NCBI RefSeq assembly: GCF_009914755.1
Contig: NC_060931.1
Reading direction: 5' to 3' (one strand)
DNA length: 64,000 nt
From: the human T2T-CHM13v2.0 reference genome, Homo sapiens
Shown: positions 58,419 to 64,000 of the stretch, piece by piece
Numbering within the stretch: the first letter of the stretch is position 1
Layout: each line of letters starts with the position of its first letter
Made by a program: the position numbers and the translations under genes
The notes under the pieces: generated by a model
Told to the model about the DNA's origin: nothing
The model's input: only the letters and a program-made list of their open reading frames with translations
The model's database searches: none

Positions 58419-58850
58419 TGTCTTCGTTTGCTAGGGCTGCTGTAACAATTACCACAAACTGGTAGACATAAAACAACAGAAATTTATTGTCTCAGTGTTC
58501 TAGAGGCCAGGAGCCTATGATCAGGGTGTCGGCAGAGTTGGTTCCTTCTGGAGGCCCTGAGGAAGAAACCGTCCCTTCCAGCTTTCCTAACTTCTGGTGG
58601 CTGCTGGCATCTGTGGCTTGTAAATGCATCACTCCAGTCTCAGCTTCCATCTTCACGTGGCCTTCTTCTCTGTCTCTTCTTCTTATAGAGACACTATTGA
58701 TTGAATTTAGGATCCACCCTAAATCCAGGGTGATTTCACCTTGAGATCCTTAACTAATTATATCTGCCAATACCTTGTTTCCAAGTAAAATAACATGCTG
58801 AGGTTCCAGCGGACGTGAATTTTGGGAGGATGCTATTTAACCCACTCTAG
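58419..58850 (-). mobile_element. MLT1C/D-like LTR
   Basis: ctagggctgctgtaacaattaccacaaact..acagaaatttattgtctcagtgttctagaggc. Confidence 0.8.
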
Positions 58851-59967
58851 TGTCTGTCAATGCTCTTTTCTCATTCAAGTGGCTATTTTTCTGGTTCTTG
58901 AAACGATGAGTTATATTTGATTGAAAATGGACATTTGGGATATTATGAGACTCTGGATTTTATTTAAGTCTTCTGTTTTAAGTAGACCTTTGCTGACACT
59001 TATTTAGCTAACAAAGGGGATGCTCCCTTGTTACTTCCAGGTGGGGTTTTCCCAAGTGGCCTCCAAGGACACCAGAGGGACAGGTGCTCTTCATTGCTGC
59101 TGGCTGAGGGTGTGGCCTCAGCTTCTCCACCAGGCCTCTGTTGACAACAAACTGGCTGACAGGCACATGGGGACTTCCTTACTCCCTTTCATGCGATGTC
59201 CACTTTCATGGCATGAAGGTGGCTTTGAACCACTGGATGGTGGTGAATATTTCGATTTTTCCACTTGTCTCTTCTGATACCAGCGCAGCAGTGGGGTGGA
59301 CGGGCACGTCATCCTACCAGGCATGAGTGGAAGTCCAAGCTCCCCACATGGTCTCCAATGACACTGCTGAGTTGGGCTTTATTACCACTAGGCTGGAGTG
59401 CAAGTTCTGGCTTCGCACTCAGCCTTTGCTGGTGGGAGCGTGAGTGGGGCCATGCTTGTTTCTGTGGTGCTTTTCTGGTGTGGAGTGGTTACTGTCTAAA
59501 ATTCTTTCATCTTGCCAGGCTGCCTCTTTCCCGATCCTCCGGCAAGAAAAAGCGGATTTTCCTTGGCGCTTTGGTTTACCTTTGTCTTTGCCTGTTGGTG
59601 TTTCCAGCTTGCCATGTTTTCCCACACCCAATCCGGGATATGAGACACAAAAGGAAAACTTAAAGAACTCACTACTTTGTCATTTCTTGGTTCTGAGGTC
59701 CCTAGAACGTCTGCCTTCTTCTCTCCATCTCTCAGTGTCTTTCTGTTTGTTTTATACAGAACGTCCAGGGCTTTTAGGGAAAGTACATCTATGTCATCTT
59801 CCCATACGTGGAAGTTCCTATTTCTAGGATTTTAAATTTAAAAAAAAAATCTTTCTTTTTAATTCACTCTTACCTGCCAAGCTTTTGTTCATTATCTTGG
59901 TCTCATTCTATGGGTGTTATTTTCTCCTTTATCTCTGAGGATTATACTTACACCTACTTAAAGTCCT

Positions 59968-59974
59968 TCTTTCG

Positions 59975-60018
<44 letters not shown>

Positions 60019-60298
60019 AGACAGAGTCTCGCTCTGTTGCTCGCGCTGGAGTGCAGTGGCGCAATCTCAGCTCACAGCAGCCTCCGCCTCCTGGGTTCCA
60101 ACAATTCTCCTGCCTCAGCCACCCGGGTAGCTGAGATTACAGGCATGCGCCACTACACCTAGCTAACTTTTGTATTTGTAGTAGAGATGAGCTTTCGCCA
60201 TGTTAGCCAGGCTGGTCTCGAACTCCTGACCTCAGGTGATCCGCCCACCTCAGCCTCCCAAAGTGTTGGGATTACAGGTGTGAGCCACTGCACCTGGC
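59968..60298 (-). mobile_element. AluS whose tail contains a (CA)n microsatellite (59984-60015)
   Basis: TSD cta(c/t)ttaaagtcctt. Confidence 0.9.
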
Positions 60299-60422
60299 CC
60301 TATTTAAAGTCCTTTTATGGCTGCTCTAACATTTGCATGTCCTTGGTAGCCATGAGTTTGTTGATCATCTTCTACAAGGTGTGCTTTGGATTTTAGTTTG
60401 AGAGCTTATCTTGAATAGAAGT

Positions 60423-60598
60423 TGTGTGTGTGTGTGTATGTGTGTATATGCATATGTGTGTGTGTACATATGTCTGTATATGCATATGTGTATGTGTACA
60501 TGTGTGTGTGTACGTGTGTGTTTATATGCATATGTGTGTGGGTGTACGTGTGTGTGTGCATGTGTGTGTGTGTGTGTGTGCATGTACATGCATGTGCG
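60423..60598. repeat. Complex alternating purine-pyrimidine tract (TG/TA/CA)
   Basis: About 175 bp of near-continuous RY alternation. Confidence 0.95.
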
Positions 60599-62715
60599 TC
60601 CCCTTCCTAGGATCACTCCTCTCTGACCAGCAGTTTTTCAGTTGTCTCCATCTAGCTCACTGGATTCCTGAGTAACTAGGCCTTATATTGGAGGCTTAGG
60701 CTTTTTGTCCCAAGGGACAGGGGTAGGGTATGATTTGGCCCCAGCTCAGCTCATTCCTGCTGCCTTAGGAAACTGCCCTGGGCCACTGCTGCAATGTTCT
60801 ATTTATGGGTGGAAACAGTTTCCCCAGACTGGACTCAATCCTGGATTATATGGAGACAATTCTGTCCCCCACTACCTTGCAGGATTTAACTCTCAAAGAA
60901 TCTGCATATTTTTAAAGAACAGTTAAGTCTTATAATATGTTTTTATATTTTATTCATTATTTCTATGATTTTGGAGATGGAATGAGGAAAGTTTTGTGTG
61001 AACTCATGATGCCATTTTTATGGGAAGTAACCTTCTCTTCCCACCCACCGCTTTGAACGTGAAGCTCAGTTTCAGGGAGCCTGGATGGCTTTGGTGTTTT
61101 GGTGACTATCTTAATTAGCTTGTATGCAGGCATTTGCTCAATAACTATATTAAGTCTGGATAATGATAGCAATCCATTTGGAAGATAATTTACTGATAAC
61201 TTTAGATTTTTCAATCAAAAACCTTAAATTGCAAAATTACATATTTTGGGCATGTATTAGGTAACAAAAGTAAAGAGGCAACAAAGAATCTTTGAACAAC
61301 ATTGAACTTCCTGCTCTGAGGCAGAATTATAGTATTTTTGTAAAATCACAAAGAGAATAAGAGGATGTGATTTTTTTTTCTCTCTCTCTCTCTTAAAGGC
61401 AATTTTGTTTCTCCAGCATAAAGTCGGGTCTGTAATCCCTGGAGCCACGCAGGGTTCCTGCTACCTGTTTGTCCTGATTGTTCTCATTCAGTCCAGGTGA
61501 TCAGCCAAGATATGTTTTGATGAAAATAGCAATTTTGCTCACCCCCAACCCACTTGCTTTTGTGTCCCCCGTCACTACCTCAATTTGGCCGTAATTGTAC
61601 CGCTCCCATAACAACAGCCAAATAACTGGATATTTGTGGAGGGCTTATAACAGGGTTGTCCACAAAGCCACTGGCAACGCCAAACAGACCCTGTATATCA
61701 GCATCTCACAAGAGAGACAGCTATCCGGGGGAGCAATTCTTGGCAGCTCCCAATCAAACTTGCAGCTGACTGCTGATTACCTCTGCGTTTCCAATCTGAG
61801 GCACAGCACCCCATATTTCTCCCACATTTCCTCCGTTACACTCAGTCTCAGGACCATCATTCCCTCATGGCCTGCCTGGGACATTAAAACAATGCACACA
61901 CAGAGGAAAACACACAACAAAAACTCTTTCTCTGCATTGAGAGCACCAAATTGCAGCAAAGATCAGGGAACCACGCGGTCTCAGGGCTGTGCTTCAGGTT
62001 GTGTGCTAGCTATCAGCACCAAGAATCAAAACATCTTTATGGGTATGGATACAGATTCCCTTTTTGCTGAGCCACTGTGTGATTTTGGGGAGCACGTTCG
62101 CTGATCAGGGTTATGAGAGCTGGATGGAGAGGAAGTCGCCTTTGTTCCGGCCTGCACGTCATGTCAAGCGAAGTTAGATATTTCCCTACCGACAGCTATT
62201 TTGATCTCTCAGTACTAAAGAGAACCGCTGCAGGTAACCCTGAAGTTGAATCCCACATTCTGTCTGAGTTTAGGACTAGGACTTTGCAAATTGACAGCTC
62301 ACATACTTTTGCTGGTGTGCGGCCAACACAGAGATGGGCTTCAGTCAAATTCGGGAGAGGGAGGGAGGGCAATGGAGGGGGAGGGAGCGGCAGGGGTGGC
62401 AAGAGGAGAAGGCAAGAGGAGAAGGCAGGAGCAAGGGATGGTGCCTCCTGCCCGTCTTCAAACGCAGACTCACAGGGTTTGGAGGTGGCCGCAGTGTCAC
62501 ACCTGGAGCTACAGATGTAACAGCCATCAGAGGGAACTGCAAGCACAGAGCCCAGTCCTCCCACCCCTGCCCCTGAAGAAAGAGGTGGTGGACAACCACC
62601 TCTGGTGTCTCTGGCACCCAGGTGGGCTGGGCAGTGGGGTACCTGACACCTGGCAGCAAGGTGGGCCCTAAGGCCTGCAGGCCTCAGGTTGGCCCCTTAG
62701 AAATGGGTGTCAAAG

Positions 62716-63034
62716 GGCTGGGTGTGGTGGCTCACGCCTGTAATCCCAGCACTTTGGGAGGCCAAGGTAGGCAGATCACGAGGTCAGGAGATCAAGACCA
62801 TCCTGGCTAACACGGTGAAACCCCGTCTCTACTAAAAATACAAAAGCAAAATTAGCCAGGCTTGGTGGCGGGCACCTGTAGTCCAAGCTACTCGGGAGGC
62901 TGAGGCAGGAGAATGGCGTGAACCCGGGAGGCGGAGCTTACAGTGAGCCGAGATCCACCACTGTGCTCCAGCCTGGGCAACAGAGTGAGACTCCGTCTGA
63001 AAACAAAAAAAAAAAAAAAAAAAAAAAGAAAGAA
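62716..63034 (+). mobile_element. AluY
   Basis: Perfect 16-bp TSD agaaatgggtgtcaaa. Confidence 0.95.
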
Positions 63035-63204
63035 AGAAATGGGTGTCAAATGTGTCCCTTTGGATGAAAATTAAGTTTTTAACCTAAACAGGGATAACGT
63101 CAATGTTTCACATTTGTAGGAACTACTGCCGTTTCCAAGCAATTGCTTTGTTTTACTAATGATTTGATCAACTCCATGCTTTTGGCTATATGTTTGCTGT
63201 CTGA

Positions 63205-63342
63205 TTGTGCCAAGTGTGGACCCCAGGCCAGCAGCTTTGGTGTCCTCCAGAGCTTGGGATAGATTTGGACTCCAAGGCCCTCCCCAGCCATCCTGAATCA
63301 GAACTTGCGTTTTAATAAGATGCCCGGGAGATCCGTGGCAGG
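63205..63342. mobile_element. MER5-family fragment
   Basis: ccaagtgtggacccc..ctgaatcagaacttgcgttttaataagatgccc. Confidence 0.6.
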
Positions 63343-63419
63343 GATGAATCATTTCCCTGTAAGATGTGCTTTGGAATTTTAGTTTAAAAGCTCATCTTGA
63401 ATAAGTGTGTGTGTGAAGC

Positions 63420-63645
63420 TAGAGGGGTAGGCTGGGCCTTGTGCACTATGATAGTTTGGCTTTCATTTTTCAAAGCACTGGAAAGCTATTGAAGAGTTTT
63501 ACACAGGCTTGATGACATGATCAGACTTGGAAGTAATCTCTCTGTCTGCAGTGGAGCAATTGGACTGGAAGGGATCAGCATGGGCGCAGCCAGAAGTCAT
63601 GAGGCTACTTTAGGTGAAATGGGGGTAGCTTGAACAAATGTCATG
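63420..63645 (-). mobile_element. L2 fragment
   Basis: ggaaagctattgaagagtttta..gacatgatcagactt..aatctctctgtctgcagtgga. Confidence 0.6.
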
Positions 63646-64000
63646 GTTGTGGTAGCGGTGGTAATGGTAGTAGTGATGGTGGTGGTAGTGGTGATGGTGA
63701 TGATGATGGTGGAGGTGGTGGTGGGTTGATTGTGGAAGAGTGGTGATACTGGTATGGTGGTGATGGTGATGGTTATGGTGGTGATTGTGGTAATGGTGGT
63801 GGAGATGATGGTGGTAGGGGTGATGGTACTCGTGGTAATGATGGTGATGATGGTGGTAATGGTAGCGATGGTGATAGTAGTAATTGTGGTGGTAACGGTG
63901 GTTGTGGTAGTGTTGGTGGTTGTGGTAGTGATGGTGGTGATGGTGATAATGATGGTGGTGGTAATGGTAGTAGTGATGGTGATGATAATGGTGGTAATAG
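63643..64000. repeat. Degenerate (TGG/TGA/TAG)n trinucleotide repeat, runs off the window end
   Basis: Read directly. Confidence 0.97.

Noticed and set aside
61595-62104. 169-aa ORF
   Set aside because: TTG start, no recognisable homology; length expected by chance in 64 kb across six frames

Overview
Primate (human-like) non-coding genomic DNA, intergenic or intronic. I cannot place it on a chromosome or name a gene from sequence alone. I find no supportable protein-coding exon chain, RNA gene or CpG island; the listed ORFs are Alu/L1/LTR-derived or start at non-ATG codons. Roughly half or more of the window is interspersed repeat: about 45 Alu/FLAM pieces (J, S, Y), many solo LTRs (MLT1, MST, THE1, MER41, LTR8, MER50, MER57A, LTR47-like), L1 fossils (L1M, L1PA7/8, L1PB), L2/MIR, and DNA transposon fossils (MER82, MER63, MER5, MER58A, a half MADE1, and a near full-length dead HSMAR2 transposase). 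Subfamily names come from recalled consensus sequences and need RepeatMasker/Dfam confirmation. The most unusual structures are: (1) a MER57A LTR whose 3' end is replaced by an inverted copy of its own 5' end, inside a 4-bp TSD-like pair; (2) a ~280-bp local dispersed duplication that preserves the empty pre-insertion site of a neighbouring AluY; (3) a second ~70-bp templated duplication sitting at a MER5/L2 junction; (4) nested-element stacks that give a relative chronology. Several repeat-free islands carry developmental or forkhead motif clusters and a few candidate small exons. I see no convincing new biological system; the findings concern genome evolution and regulatory candidates.
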